DNA of 62,523 nt, the filler included, from an uncultured bacterium (GTDB lineage Bacteria; DAOPZR01): the NCBI GenBank assembly GCA_964637655.1. It is 5 parts of 5 records of this genome, joined end to end, with 100 filler letters (N's around TTAATTAATTAA, not from the genome) between each part and the next. Parts side by side here need not be neighbours in the genome. Positions count along the whole stretch, not along the records: positions 1 to 12,620 come from CAZWUZ010000095.1; positions 12,721 to 25,290 come from CAZWUZ010000096.1; 3 more parts are not named here. One strand, given 5' to 3'. The notes beneath the pieces were generated by a model, which searched no databases, was not told the origin of the DNA, and saw nothing but the letters and a program-made list of their open reading frames with translations. Numbering within the stretch: the stretch's first letter is position 1; each line of letters starts with the position of its first letter. Made by a program: the position numbers and the translations under genes. Positions 8,859 to 19,443 of the stretch are shown one piece after another.

Positions 8859-11072
8859 TTATCGCTTATCTGTTTCGCTTTGGCAAAGCCGGGCAGAACA
8901 CGCGACAAGCAACAGCCAGACAGCCGCGCCCGCCATAAGCAGAAGTCCAACGCGGAAATGAATGGGGTTGAACACCATGACCACACGGCTGTTTCCCGGC
9001 ATGACCGGGACCGCCCGGAAACAGGTATTGGCCCGAACAACAGGAACCGCCTTCCCGTCAACCTCGGCTTCCCAGCACGAATGATGCTTGTCGGAAAGAT
9101 ACAACCAGGCCGGCGCGGTACTCTCCACTTCGATAACGATACGTTCCGCTTCGTCACAGAGAATGCGCGCGGAGCCTGTGCCGGGACGTACCGCATGCCG
9201 CCGTGACACACCCGGTTCCAGCAACAGCGTCGTGTGGCAAGGAAACCCCGGATCACACAACAGAGACAGGGCCCTGTCATCAGTGGCCTCGAGCGCATGA
9301 TAGAACAGCCGTGCACGCGGCATAACGCTGTCATCGCGGTAGACATTGCTCCCGCCGGGGCCGGCGGCAATGACCGGAAACGGCAGCGTGTCCCGACTGA
9401 CCAGATAGCGCACATTCAGCAACCGGTTAAACCGGGGTGAATAGACCGTTTCATTGTCCTCGCCATCAAGGAGCACGAGGAATTTCTCGTAGCTGCGGCT
9501 GTTGAACGTGATGAACCCGTCCACCCCGCGCAAGCCATGCCACAATTGAGTTTCCCCGCAGAACGGGCCATCGCTCAGCGGACCGAGCTGACGTATGCGC
9601 TCCTGTCCGATACTCGCGCGCAGTCGCGACGGAAACCCGGCCGCGGACGCAAATAACTCCCGCGGGGCGAAACTGAAATGCGGCACCGCGTACAGCGTCA
9701 GTTCGGCAACAATACAAACAGCGGCCGCGGCAGTGCACCAGCGCTCCCGATACGTACGGCGCACGAACCATGCCAGGCAGGTAAGCGCCAGGAGCGGGCT
9801 GAGCCGTTGCAACAGTGACACCAACGGCACGTGGCGCAACCAAACGGAAGCGATAAGCACGCCGGCGCCTGCGGCCAGCAGCAGACCATAACGGCTGCGC
9901 TGCCAACGAGTACGATCAATGACCACAGCACCGAGCACGATAAGGGCAAACTGCACGAGCACGCGTGCCCGCAGATGGTGCATGCTTTGCAGCAGCGGGC
10001 AGGCGGCATTGACCACCTCGTTGAACGTCCGGCTGAACGTGAACATTCCCCCCAGCAGCAGCAACACGATATACGGTGCCACACGCCGGTCCCGGCAGCA
10101 CAGCGCCCCGGCCGCAAATACCGGCAGGACGATACCGACGAAATTTGCCCCGCCCACATAGCCGATCGGGCCGGTATACTGCCCGGGCGGCCCGAATGCC
10201 TGCGGGACGAACAGCAATAACAGCATGGCCGGTGGCAAAGTCCGTATGCTGTCGCCCGACGCCCTGTCGCTATCGCCAAAAGATAGCGCCGTAGGAAACA
10301 GTTGCGGCATGGCCAGGAGGATGCCCCCGACAAGCATCAGGGCGGCGGCCCGCACTGCCAGTCGCCGCTGTCGCGGCCGCAGCAGCGCCTCCGTCCATGC
10401 AACAACAGCAAGCGCCAGCACACAGTATAGCGCTACCTGCGTGTGACCGGCCAGGAACGGCATGGCCGTGAGCACAGCCCCCGCTGCAGCCGGAGCAAGC
10501 GTCCGGCGCAGCATGGCGAGACGATGGGCAGCCAACAGCCACGGCAGCCAGCTGGCTGCCCCTGTCATACTGAGCATCCCGGTCATCGCGGTGAAGAATC
10601 CGCATAAGCCGAACGCGATGCCGCCTGCCGTCGCCATCAACGGACGCACAGCCAACAACCGCAACAGGACAAACATACCGGTCGTGCACAACAGGTAATG
10701 CAAGATACTGATGTACGAAAACGCAGTCAGAGCGTCAAGCGGCAGCAAGAGCAGTTTGAACGGATAAAGTACCCCGGGTTCCGACTCCGCCAGGAACGGG
10801 TGGCCGGCACGGGAATACGGATCCCAATGGGGCAAAGCACCCGACTGCATGGTCCGCCAGTGGTGCATATGGTGCGGCAGAAAATAGTGCACTGCATCCC
10901 CCGGACCGCGGGCATACTGCTGCAACACCTCGTCAGGCAGCACCGTCGTAAGGGTAAACCGGGAGACAAGGCCAACTGGGCACAATACCCGGTCGGCAGC
11001 AATTACCGGAAGGAACAGTATCCCGGCGGAGAAAAACAGGACAGCCAACGGAACAAACTGTTTTATCGCCAT
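8859..11072 (-). CDS. YfhO-family membrane protein (GT-C glycosyltransferase-like)
   Basis: LPHWDPYSRAGHPFLA, AGHTQ, LLNVRYL, PRA, W.A.VDG...RAN.CFRAV; many TM segments. Confidence 0.82.
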   Translation of the reverse strand: MAIKQFVPLAVLFFSAGILFLPVIAADRVLCPVGLVSRFTLTTVLPDEVLQQYARGPGDAVHYFLPHHMHHWRTMQSGALPHWDPYSRAGHPFLAESEPGVLYPFKLLLLPLDALTAFSYISILHYLLCTTGMFVLLRLLAVRPLMATAGGIAFGLCGFFTAMTGMLSMTGAASWLPWLLAAHRLAMLRRTLAPAAAGAVLTAMPFLAGHTQVALYCVLALAVVAWTEALLRPRQRRLAVRAAALMLVGGILLAMPQLFPTALSFGDSDRASGDSIRTLPPAMLLLLFVPQAFGPPGQYTGPIGYVGGANFVGIVLPVFAAGALCCRDRRVAPYIVLLLLGGMFTFSRTFNEVVNAACPLLQSMHHLRARVLVQFALIVLGAVVIDRTRWQRSRYGLLLAAGAGVLIASVWLRHVPLVSLLQRLSPLLALTCLAWFVRRTYRERWCTAAAAVCIVAELTLYAVPHFSFAPRELFASAAGFPSRLRASIGQERIRQLGPLSDGPFCGETQLWHGLRGVDGFITFNSRSYEKFLVLLDGEDNETVYSPRFNRLLNVRYLVSRDTLPFPVIAAGPGGSNVYRDDSVMPRARLFYHALEATDDRALSLLCDPGFPCHTTLLLEPGVSRRHAVRPGTGSARILCDEAERIVIEVESTAPAWLYLSDKHHSCWEAEVDGKAVPVVRANTCFRAVPVMPGNSRVVMVFNPIHFRVGLLLMAGAAVWLLLVACSARLCQSETDKR

Positions 11073-11164
11073 CGCCCCCCCACCGGGTGTATTCAATCCT
11101 TGTACCAACAACGTTGTCACCCTGTCAAATTGATTGTCGCGGAATAGCGTCTTGTGCAGTAATG

Positions 11165-11173
11165 TGTTACACT
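11165..11173 (+). promoter_or_regulatory. Extended -10 element (TGTTACACT) 7 nt before ATG; probable leaderless promoter
   Basis: TGn-TACACT at 11165-11173, ATG at 11181, no SD. Confidence 0.45.
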
Positions 11174-11180
11174 GCGCATT

Positions 11181-11828
11181 ATGCAAACTCAGTCGCTGGC
11201 CTGGCAACTCTACTTTTCACGCAACCTGCTGCAACAATTGTTGCGCGTCTACCGGCGACTGGTCATTGCCCCTGCCCTCGCTCATTATGCCCGCCGCTAT
11301 TTTAAGCCGCGCGGTATCTTCATCGAAGCCGGGGCAGGTACTTCGGAATCATCCTGTCGCCTGCAACACCGGCGTACGGTCATCGCCTTCGACTGGAACA
11401 CGCATGTCCTGCAGCGGCACAACATCTTTTCCCGGCGGGTTGCGGGTAATCTGTTCGCGCTACCGTTCGCTCCGGCCAGCGCGGACGGTATCTGGAACCT
11501 CGGCGTAATGGAGCATTTCCCCCCCGGCGAAGCGGTACTCGTGCTGCGCGAGTGTGCCCGCGTGCTCAAGTCTGACGGTACCCTGTTGCTCTTCTGGGCT
11601 CCTGCTGACGCCTGGTACCAGCACCTGATCCGCATTGCCGAGCAGTTGGGACAATGGTGCCGGCGCCCCTTCCATCTTTCGCCGCCACAAGTCAACCTCT
11701 ATCGGCGACAGGAAGACATCGCCCCGCTGCTCGCTGCCGCCGGACTGACCTGTACCGCAGTCGCATACCATTGGCGTGACCTGCACTCATATGTGCTGAT
11801 TGTCGCCCGGCATGGCAAGGGCAACTGA
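11181..11828 (+). CDS. Class I SAM-dependent methyltransferase
   Basis: IEAGAGTS motif I, LPF, NLGVMEHF, RVLKSDG. Confidence 0.82.
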   Translation: MQTQSLAWQLYFSRNLLQQLLRVYRRLVIAPALAHYARRYFKPRGIFIEAGAGTSESSCRLQHRRTVIAFDWNTHVLQRHNIFSRRVAGNLFALPFAPASADGIWNLGVMEHFPPGEAVLVLRECARVLKSDGTLLLFWAPADAWYQHLIRIAEQLGQWCRRPFHLSPPQVNLYRRQEDIAPLLAAAGLTCTAVAYHWRDLHSYVLIVARHGKGN

Positions 11829-12620
11829 TGCGCATCCTCTTCGTCTGTCGCGGTGTCGAGCAGTTCGGCATCGGCATGCTCAGTGCGCTGGCGCGGCGCG
11901 ACGGGCATACCGTCGGTCTGCTCTTCGATCCGGGTATCGATGACCTCTTTTTCATCCCCTCGGGTCCGCCAGGGCGCTGGCTGGAAGAGCGCCTGCAGCG
12001 GCGCCTGGTAAACGCGGCCGTTGCCTTCCGACCGGACATCGTCGCCGCTTCCTGTTTTTCCAATGCCTTTCCCTACCTGCGCCGGTTGCTCCTCCGCCTG
12101 CGCAACGCTGTTCCGGCATACTATGTGCTCGGCGGCATCCATGCTTCGCTCGCACCGGAGCATGCGCTGCGTACCTGTCCGGCACTCGATGCCGTCGCTG
12201 TCGGGGAAGGCGAACGTTCCTTTCCCGCCCTGCTCCGGCGGTTGGCCGCAGGAAACACGCCGCACGACCTGCCCGGTTTCTGGTTCCGTTCAGGCACGCA
12301 CATCATCAGGAACCAACGGGGCGATCCCGTCACCGACCTGGAAACGCTCCCCGCTCCTGATAAACTGCTGTTCCATGCCAGCGGGGTCTTTCGTCACACG
12401 CTTGCCTACACCACCAGTCGGGGTTGTCCCTACGCCTGCAGTTTCTGCCAGACCCCCATGCTGACCCAAACCTTCGGCCCGGGCCGCATCCGTCGCCTCT
12501 CGCCGGCCACGGTCGTCGACCACCTGCAGCTGTACCGCCGGCAATTTTCGTTGCAGAGAATCACGTTCCAGGATGATGATTTTCTCTACGATGCCGCCTG
12601 GCTGGAGGAGTTTTCAGCCC
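11828..12620 (+). CDS. Cobalamin-dependent radical SAM protein (3'-truncated)
   Basis: GIGMLSA, GGIHAS, GEGE B12-binding domain; SRGCPYACSFC; FQDDDF. Confidence 0.87.
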
Positions 12621-12720
12621 NNNNNNNNNNNNNNNNNNNNNNNNNNNNNNNNNNNNNNNNNNNNTTAATTAATTAANNNNNNNNNNNNNNNNNNNNNNNN
12701 NNNNNNNNNNNNNNNNNNNN
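12621..12720. other. Artificial contig linker
   Basis: N44-TTAATTAATTAA-N44 (stops in all six frames). Confidence 0.98.
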
Positions 12721-14782
12721 TGAACAGCAGCGGGTACGGCTGCGGCGTGGATCTGTCACGGATACCACTGCGAAATCTCATTTCATAGTTTTTGAGCACT
12801 CCATTCAAATATGCTCTATGCCCGTTTGGTCCCCAACTCTGCGTCAGATGATACCAAACGTCATTTTTCATCTGTTGCAGCAACGCTGGATAAATGGTAG
12901 TGCCGAAATCCATCGCTAATCCATTGTTTGCATAACTGCAATAGTAGACAGAAGGAGAACCGTAATTATATGCCCAGAACCAGGCCAAGCCCTCGCCATT
13001 ATGTGGACGAACCCATGCCATCACTGTTCCTTCTTTAAGAAAATCAGGCCAGACCTCGTATGCGGCCTGTTGAACCGGAGAAATACTTATTGCCTGCCCG
13101 ATTTTTCCTTCGACATAGGTGGAAATCATCGTGTCTCCCGACGCCTTATTGGAACCGTCGAATGGTTCGTAAATAGCAAGCTGTTGTAGCAATTTATCTA
13201 AGTCATCGCGACTGATATTCCCCGAAGTTGAATGGAATATTTGCTCGCTATGCGTATCAAGCGGAACATTTGCATGCTCGACATTCCGTAATAATGAAGT
13301 AAGTACATGATCTCCCTGTGTATCAACTGCGGTCAATTGATAAAGACAGACGATACCAACCGATGGAATGATTAGCAGTTTTCCTAACGCAATAAGCCGT
13401 TCACCAATTCGCCGCCCGCCTGCCGGTAAAACGCCCAGAATTGACAGTTCCATCTTTACCCGCCGCCGCCGCGCTATCAGCAGATCCGCGTCATGCCGCA
13501 GTTCCACGATTGGTGCAGCCCGCAATTCGTATTCCTGCCGCAATAATGCCACTGCCTGTTCCCTCTCGGTCGCTTCCTTATCCAAATCATCCACCCGCTC
13601 TTTTGCTTCCAAATGATCCGCAAGATACAGACGCATTTGTGATTCGTCACCATCGCGCTGCGCCCGTTTCGCCGCCTTCTCACATTCCCGCATCGCCACC
13701 CGGGCCTCGTCCACCCGCGCCCGAACCCGATTCTGTAGCAATGTCGCTTCTTCCAACCGCTGCCGCGCATTTCCCATCTCAAGTTCAGCCGCCGATAACT
13801 CGTCCCGCATCCGAACTTCGGTCAGTTCCGTCCGGTTGAACACCTCTATCCACTGGTACCGTATCCACATCGCCACCCGCGCCCAGGCCCGTTTCCAACC
13901 CGAGACGCGGTGTCGCTCGATTTCATGTTCAAGCGGTGCGGACACCACCGCAAACAGCAACGTGATTGCCTCGCCCTTCTCCCACCGTTCGATATCCGCG
14001 AAAACCGACTGGCAATCTGTGTATCGGTTTGATGGTTCACACGCCAGCAAGCGCGCCAATAATCCATCGGCTTGTGGCGCCAAACCATCGATAATCGTTG
14101 TCGCCGCCGGGTAGATGCCACATTTGTGCGCTCTCAGAATCGCCACTGGCGTCGCGCCCGCGAACGGGAACCGCCCCGTCAGCATCCGGTACAGCACCAC
14201 GCCCGCCGCGTACAGGTCCGATTGCCGGCCCGCGCCTTCGCCCCGCGACAATTCCGGCGCCATGTATTCAATCGTGCCGAGCATTTCACCGGTTTGTGTG
14301 AGCGAGATTTCCTCCTCGATGATCCGCGCCAGCCCGAAATCCGCCAGTTTGATCGTATCCGTCGCGGCATCGCGCAGAATATTCCCCGGCTTCAGGTCGC
14401 GGTGGATCACGCCCATCTCATGCGCCACACCCAGACCGGCGAGGATCTGTTTGAAATAATGCAATGCTTTTTCCACCGGTAATGGTTGCGTGAGCATTTC
14501 CCGCAGCGAGCCGCCATCCATGTACTCCATTGCCAGGTAATGATATTCGGCAATCGTTCCAACTTCGTAGACCGCCACCACATTGGGATGGCGCAGCCGC
14601 GCTGCCGCCCGCGCCTCACGCTCGAACCGCGCCACCGCGGTCGGCTGTACCGTCAGTTGCGGCCACAGCACCTTCAGCGCCACCTCGCGGTCAAGGCGGG
14701 TGTCGCGGGCGCGATATACCTTGCCCATCGCCCCGCTGCCAAGTTCCGCAATCAGTTCGTAGTTGCCAATCCGGTTCGCCAT
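12721..14782 (-). CDS. Membrane Ser/Thr kinase 1: Hanks kinase - PspA-like coiled coil - TM - LamG/ConA-like ectodomain (3'-truncated)
   Basis: GSGAMGKVY, VALK, HRDLKPGN, DFG, YMAPE; TM LLIIPSVGIVCLYQL; GKIGQA, GTVMAWV, WYHLTQSW, AYLNG typical of LamG. Confidence 0.88.
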
Positions 14783-14833
14783 AGTCCCTGATTTCTACTC
14801 CGTACCGTATCTGTTCAGCCGGTCCCATGTTTT

Positions 14834-14852
14834 CCTCTCCCGACGGGAGAGG
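14834..14852. repeat. REP-like hairpin core CCTCTCCC-GAC-GGGAGAGG
   Basis: Same stem as copies at 50710-50876 and 56316-56349. Confidence 0.55.
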
Positions 14853-14974
14853 TGACTGATTGGCTGAATGGTCACTCCGTACCAGTCAATTTGCGCTCAG
14901 CGTTGTGCCGCTCTCGCGACGAAGTGATACAGCGCTAAGTTAGCCAGCGTATCTGAATTGCGCTGCTCAAATCA

Positions 14975-16909
14975 TTACTGCCGAAAATCGACGCGAAATC
15001 CGTTGCGCATGAAGCTCCGGATGACGTTTGCCCTTTCTTGTGCCGCCGGCGAATCGGGCGGAACCGCGACACCGGCACAGTCGGGATACCGCTGCGTCAG
15101 CGCCGCATATTCCGCCTGCAGCCACTCGAACCAGCGCTGCCACTCGTCATCTGCGATATATTGCGTTACCACCTGGCGATAGCGCGGTTGCCGCTGAAAG
15201 CTGACGTACATCATTTCCTGGCAATGCTTATCGAGAACGCCGAACCAGGGCTGCGGTTGGTCGTCAATACGCGCCAGTTTGATTTCCAGCGGTTGCGCAC
15301 GGTCAGCGGGCAGCGAAAACCGGTCGTCGCGTCGTGCGGTGCCATACCATTCGCTCACGAACATCTGGCTATCGCCCAATTTGGCATAGAATCCCGCGTG
15401 CCCGTGCGGGTGTACGTAAATGCCGCTGGTAACCATCGGCAAATCGGCAGCAACTGGAATACTAATCGCTCCGTCAGCACCGGTAAACGACACGGCAAAG
15501 CCCGGCGCACTGTTCCCCAATTGATGCACGACAACCGCGTCAGCCAGCGGCTGACCCGTAGCTTCGTCCGACAACCGAAGCTTGATGGCCGCTCCCGCCG
15601 GCACGGCGGGGGCGGCAACAGCCGGCGAAGCAGCAGGAACATTCGCTAACGCAGCAAGCCCGAGGTGTCGGGCAATAGCCAGTTGCGCAACGATTTCATG
15701 GCTGGCCTCGAGATGACCCAGCCGCCCTGGCGGGGTGCTGTCCCAGACACAACTGTCAACCAGCAGTTTCGCCCGCATCGCCGCAGCGGCCGGATGGGTG
15801 CTGTACCTCAGCCGGTATTTCGCCCATTCCGCCAGATACGGGTCAACTTCCAGGCACGGGTGCTCGCCGACGGCCAGTCGTCCCAACCAGTCAATCTGCT
15901 CTTCCACCGGCATCGCACGCAGCCGCAGCATGAATGCGGCGCTGTTCACCGCCCGTTGTATTTCCAGTTCGCGGCTTGCCAGGTATGTGTTCAGCGTTGC
16001 CGAGTCACTTGCGGTGCCGACACTCCCCAGCGCCAACAGCACCTTGCCGAACTCGTGGCGGCGCGCTTGCGGGCCGCGCGCGGCCATGGTGCGCAGGAAC
16101 AGCAGGCAGGCGGTGTCGCCTTGCGTGGCTAATCCCTGCGCGGCCACCATGCGCATCTGGTCTGATTGGCCAGCATCAGCAACGCAGGCACGCAGGGCCG
16201 CGACCGTTTCCGGCGCGGGAAAGCCGCCCATGACATACGCCAGCAATTCCTTGCGGGCCGAGTCGGTGATGGAGTTGAATTCTTCGGCAAGAACCGCCGC
16301 ATGGGCATCACCCTGCAGCAAAACAAGCGCATGGTGGCAGCCCGCGACCATCGGCGCATCATGCGGATGGCGCTTGAGCATATCCTGCACCAGCACAACG
16401 TCCTGTTCCGTACCCAGCGTGCCCAGCAGCGTCCAGCGCGGGTCAGCCCAATCGCAGGCGGTCATGGCCGCGACGGACTGCCGCAATGCCTCGCGCGCGG
16501 CGGTGTCCTGCAGGAGCAGCGAGACCTGCGCGTTGACTTCGGTGATACGGCCGCCGAGTTTGCCCATCGCTTCCGTAACCGGCATCAGCCGTTGGGCGAT
16601 AAGCACCCGCCCGTCAGCCCTGAGTTTCCGGCATAATAATAGCGGGTCGGCCGGCGGTTGGCCATACGCAACAAAAAAGCCGATACGGTCGGGGCCGACC
16701 ACCGCGGTCGGGTTGAACCCGTAACCCTGCAACATAGCGCTAATTGCGTCCGAAGTCGGCGGCGGGTCGGCACAGCGCAACGCCAGCACCGGCGTGTCGG
16801 TTGCGCCAGCGGCAATTCTGGTGGCAGACAAAGTGTCGCCGCACGCATACCCGGAAACCACCAGCATCAGACATCCGCACAGCAGCATGCCACGCATCAT
16901 CGCTGTCAT
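14975..16909 (-). CDS. Secreted protein with HEAT-like repeats and a C-terminal beta domain
   Basis: AGGAGG RBS; signal peptide; LGTLGT, MRMVAAQGLA, LALGSVG repeats; D..TGQPLADA.V segment. Confidence 0.6.
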   Translation of the reverse strand: MTAMMRGMLLCGCLMLVVSGYACGDTLSATRIAAGATDTPVLALRCADPPPTSDAISAMLQGYGFNPTAVVGPDRIGFFVAYGQPPADPLLLCRKLRADGRVLIAQRLMPVTEAMGKLGGRITEVNAQVSLLLQDTAAREALRQSVAAMTACDWADPRWTLLGTLGTEQDVVLVQDMLKRHPHDAPMVAGCHHALVLLQGDAHAAVLAEEFNSITDSARKELLAYVMGGFPAPETVAALRACVADAGQSDQMRMVAAQGLATQGDTACLLFLRTMAARGPQARRHEFGKVLLALGSVGTASDSATLNTYLASRELEIQRAVNSAAFMLRLRAMPVEEQIDWLGRLAVGEHPCLEVDPYLAEWAKYRLRYSTHPAAAAMRAKLLVDSCVWDSTPPGRLGHLEASHEIVAQLAIARHLGLAALANVPAASPAVAAPAVPAGAAIKLRLSDEATGQPLADAVVVHQLGNSAPGFAVSFTGADGAISIPVAADLPMVTSGIYVHPHGHAGFYAKLGDSQMFVSEWYGTARRDDRFSLPADRAQPLEIKLARIDDQPQPWFGVLDKHCQEMMYVSFQRQPRYRQVVTQYIADDEWQRWFEWLQAEYAALTQRYPDCAGVAVPPDSPAAQERANVIRSFMRNGFRVDFRQ

Positions 16910-16966
16910 CTATCCTCCTATTGCTTCATGTTTTGTCATCGCCGCATGACTGACACTTCCATTGTC

Positions 16967-19396
16967 TCATCTCGGCAGAAATCCTTCCACCAATCCTAAC
17001 GGCACGTTCAATTTGCTGTTGCCGCCAACCAGCAGGATCTCGCGGTTCACGGCCACCGCCCTCCCCATCAAGCGCTGCGCCCGCATCAGGGAAACTTCCG
17101 TCCAACTATTCTTGCGCGGATCGTATTCCACCACCCATCCTGGGGGATCCTGACCAAAGCGAGAGTCGCCAATCAAATAGATCTTGTCATTCAAGGCAAC
17201 TGCATTCAGCGTGGACATTCTGCGCATCTCCGGCAGTGGCATCATTTGTTCCCAACGATCGGTCCCCGGGTCGTACCGTTCCATTGAATCCAAACTTCCG
17301 CCGCGCACATTTCCAGACTCAGCGGTGCCGGGGGCGATGTCATATTTCCGACCGCCAATGAGATAGATTTTTCCTGCATGAACCGCAACCGCGGCTCCAC
17401 ACCGTGAAGTGCCAAGCGGAGCCGCCACCCGCCAACTGCCTGTCACCGGATTGAAAACATCGACATTGGTCAGCGTCTGCCCGCCGCGAGCAGGAAAGCC
17501 ACCAATGTAGTATATTTCATCCCCGACCGCAGCCAGCGCATAATCCACCCGTTGGGTGGGCAGTCTGGACGCCTGCCAGCTGAGCCGGGTTTGCGGATCG
17601 TATTCCCGAACAATGTCATGGAACGAGTAGTAGATTTTCCCCCGCACCGTAACCGCATTGATACCCGCTACGGGTTCAGCTATCCTTCCCCATGATTCCC
17701 AGAGATTTCTTGCCGGGTCATACCTTTCCACGGTGTCAAGTGTTCGCATCGCGGTCCGCCGGTTACGCCCGGCAACGCCTGATGATGGCGGGATCTGTTC
17801 ATCGACGTGCCCGCCCAGCACAAATACTTTTTCTTTTACCACTACCGCAGCGAAACCGGCTCGCCCTGTCCGCAATGGCGCTTTTGTCGTCCAACCGGGA
17901 ACCTCCAATTCAATAGCGTCATTCGCATCTGTGGGGTCCTCCATTATTTCTGTTTCCGAATTTGGATGGCGGGCCCGGATAGCCAGTGACGGGGACGGAT
18001 TCATGGCCGGTCTCCGGTTAGCAGCCGCCGGCTGAATTTGCGACCGAATTGCCGGCGACAGTAGTAGGGTCTCTGGTGACAATATATACCAGGCGCCGGC
18101 GATGATGATCAGAACCGGCCCGAATAGTTTGACCGCCGCCAGGAATCGCTCGCCCGGCCGCCGGCCGCCAACCGGCAGTATGCCGAGGATCGATATTTCC
18201 AATTTGGCCCGACGCCGCCGCGCCAGGGTCAGGTCGGCGGCATAGCGCAATTCGGCAACTCGCCTGGCGCGCATCTCGTATTCCTGCCGCACCTGTTCCA
18301 GCGTTTGCTCCGGCCGGACGGTATCTGCCCGCGTCGCGCGTGCATTCCGCAGCAGCGTAGCCTCCTCCAACCGGCACCGCGCAAGGCCCAATTCCCGTTC
18401 CGCTGCCGTGACTTCATCGCGGATTCTCACGGCAGTCAGTTCAGTTAGGTCAAACATCTCCAGCCACTGGTGGCGAAACCAGCCCGCCACCCGCGCCCAT
18501 GCCCGTCTGCTAATCGCCACCCGATGCCGCCCGGTCCGGAAAGCCTCTGGCGGTTCATCCGCCACCAATCCCGCGGCAATCACTTCACCATATTGCCAAC
18601 GTCGGAGATCAGTTAGTACCGCCTGGCAGTCGGCATAACGGTTCATTGGATCGCTGGCCAGCAACCGTGCCAGGACCGCGTCCGCCTGCGGCAGCAGTCC
18701 CGCAACGGTGGACGTCGCCAAGGGGTAAGCTCCGCTCTCATGCGCTTCCAGTATTGCCGCCGAACTCTCACCCGTAAACGGCAGCCGCCCGGTCAGCATG
18801 CGGTACAAGATCACACCCGCCGCGTACAGGTCGGATTGCCGGCCCGCACCTCCGCCCCGCGCCAGTTCCGGCGCCATGTACTCGATTGTCCCGAGCATTT
18901 CGCCCGACTGGGTCAGCGAGGTTTCATCCTCGATAATCCGCGCCAGCCCGAAATCCGCCAGTTTCACCGTGTCAGTAGTTGATTCAATCAGGATGTTCGC
19001 CGGTTTCAGATCACGGTGAATAACTCCCAGGTCATGCGCCGCGGCCAATCCGGAAAGAATCTGCCTGAAATAATGAAATACTTTTTCGCCGGTCAGCGGC
19101 TTGTCCAGGATTTCCCGCAGGGAATGCCCCGCGACGTATTCCATAGCAAGGTAGTGGTAGCCGTCCGTGGCGCCAACATCGTAAACCTTTACCACATTCT
19201 GGTGCCGGACCCGGGCCGCCGCCCGCGCCTCGCGCTCGAACCGCGTCACCGCCGCCGCATGCTCCGCCAGTTGCGGCCACAGCACCTTCAGCGCCACCTG
19301 GCGATCGAGGCGGGTGTCACGGGCGCGATACACCTTCCCCATCGCCCCGCTCCCAAGATCGGCGAGCAATTCGTAAGGCCCGATACAGTTTGCCAT
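16967..19396 (-). CDS. Membrane Ser/Thr kinase 2: kinase - internally deleted PspA-like domain - TM - Kelch propeller
   Basis: Complete kinase motifs; TM LFGPVLIIIAGAWYIL; Kelch repeats FVLGG..VERYDP..W, YYIGG..VFNP..W, YLIGG..RYDP..W. Confidence 0.9.
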   Translation of the reverse strand: MANCIGPYELLADLGSGAMGKVYRARDTRLDRQVALKVLWPQLAEHAAAVTRFEREARAAARVRHQNVVKVYDVGATDGYHYLAMEYVAGHSLREILDKPLTGEKVFHYFRQILSGLAAAHDLGVIHRDLKPANILIESTTDTVKLADFGLARIIEDETSLTQSGEMLGTIEYMAPELARGGGAGRQSDLYAAGVILYRMLTGRLPFTGESSAAILEAHESGAYPLATSTVAGLLPQADAVLARLLASDPMNRYADCQAVLTDLRRWQYGEVIAAGLVADEPPEAFRTGRHRVAISRRAWARVAGWFRHQWLEMFDLTELTAVRIRDEVTAAERELGLARCRLEEATLLRNARATRADTVRPEQTLEQVRQEYEMRARRVAELRYAADLTLARRRRAKLEISILGILPVGGRRPGERFLAAVKLFGPVLIIIAGAWYILSPETLLLSPAIRSQIQPAAANRRPAMNPSPSLAIRARHPNSETEIMEDPTDANDAIELEVPGWTTKAPLRTGRAGFAAVVVKEKVFVLGGHVDEQIPPSSGVAGRNRRTAMRTLDTVERYDPARNLWESWGRIAEPVAGINAVTVRGKIYYSFHDIVREYDPQTRLSWQASRLPTQRVDYALAAVGDEIYYIGGFPARGGQTLTNVDVFNPVTGSWRVAAPLGTSRCGAAVAVHAGKIYLIGGRKYDIAPGTAESGNVRGGSLDSMERYDPGTDRWEQMMPLPEMRRMSTLNAVALNDKIYLIGDSRFGQDPPGWVVEYDPRKNSWTEVSLMRAQRLMGRAVAVNREILLVGGNSKLNVPLGLVEGFLPR

Positions 19397-19443
19397 CAGG
19401 TCAGCTTATCTCCATCCAACCGGCAAAATTTCAGCGGCAATTC

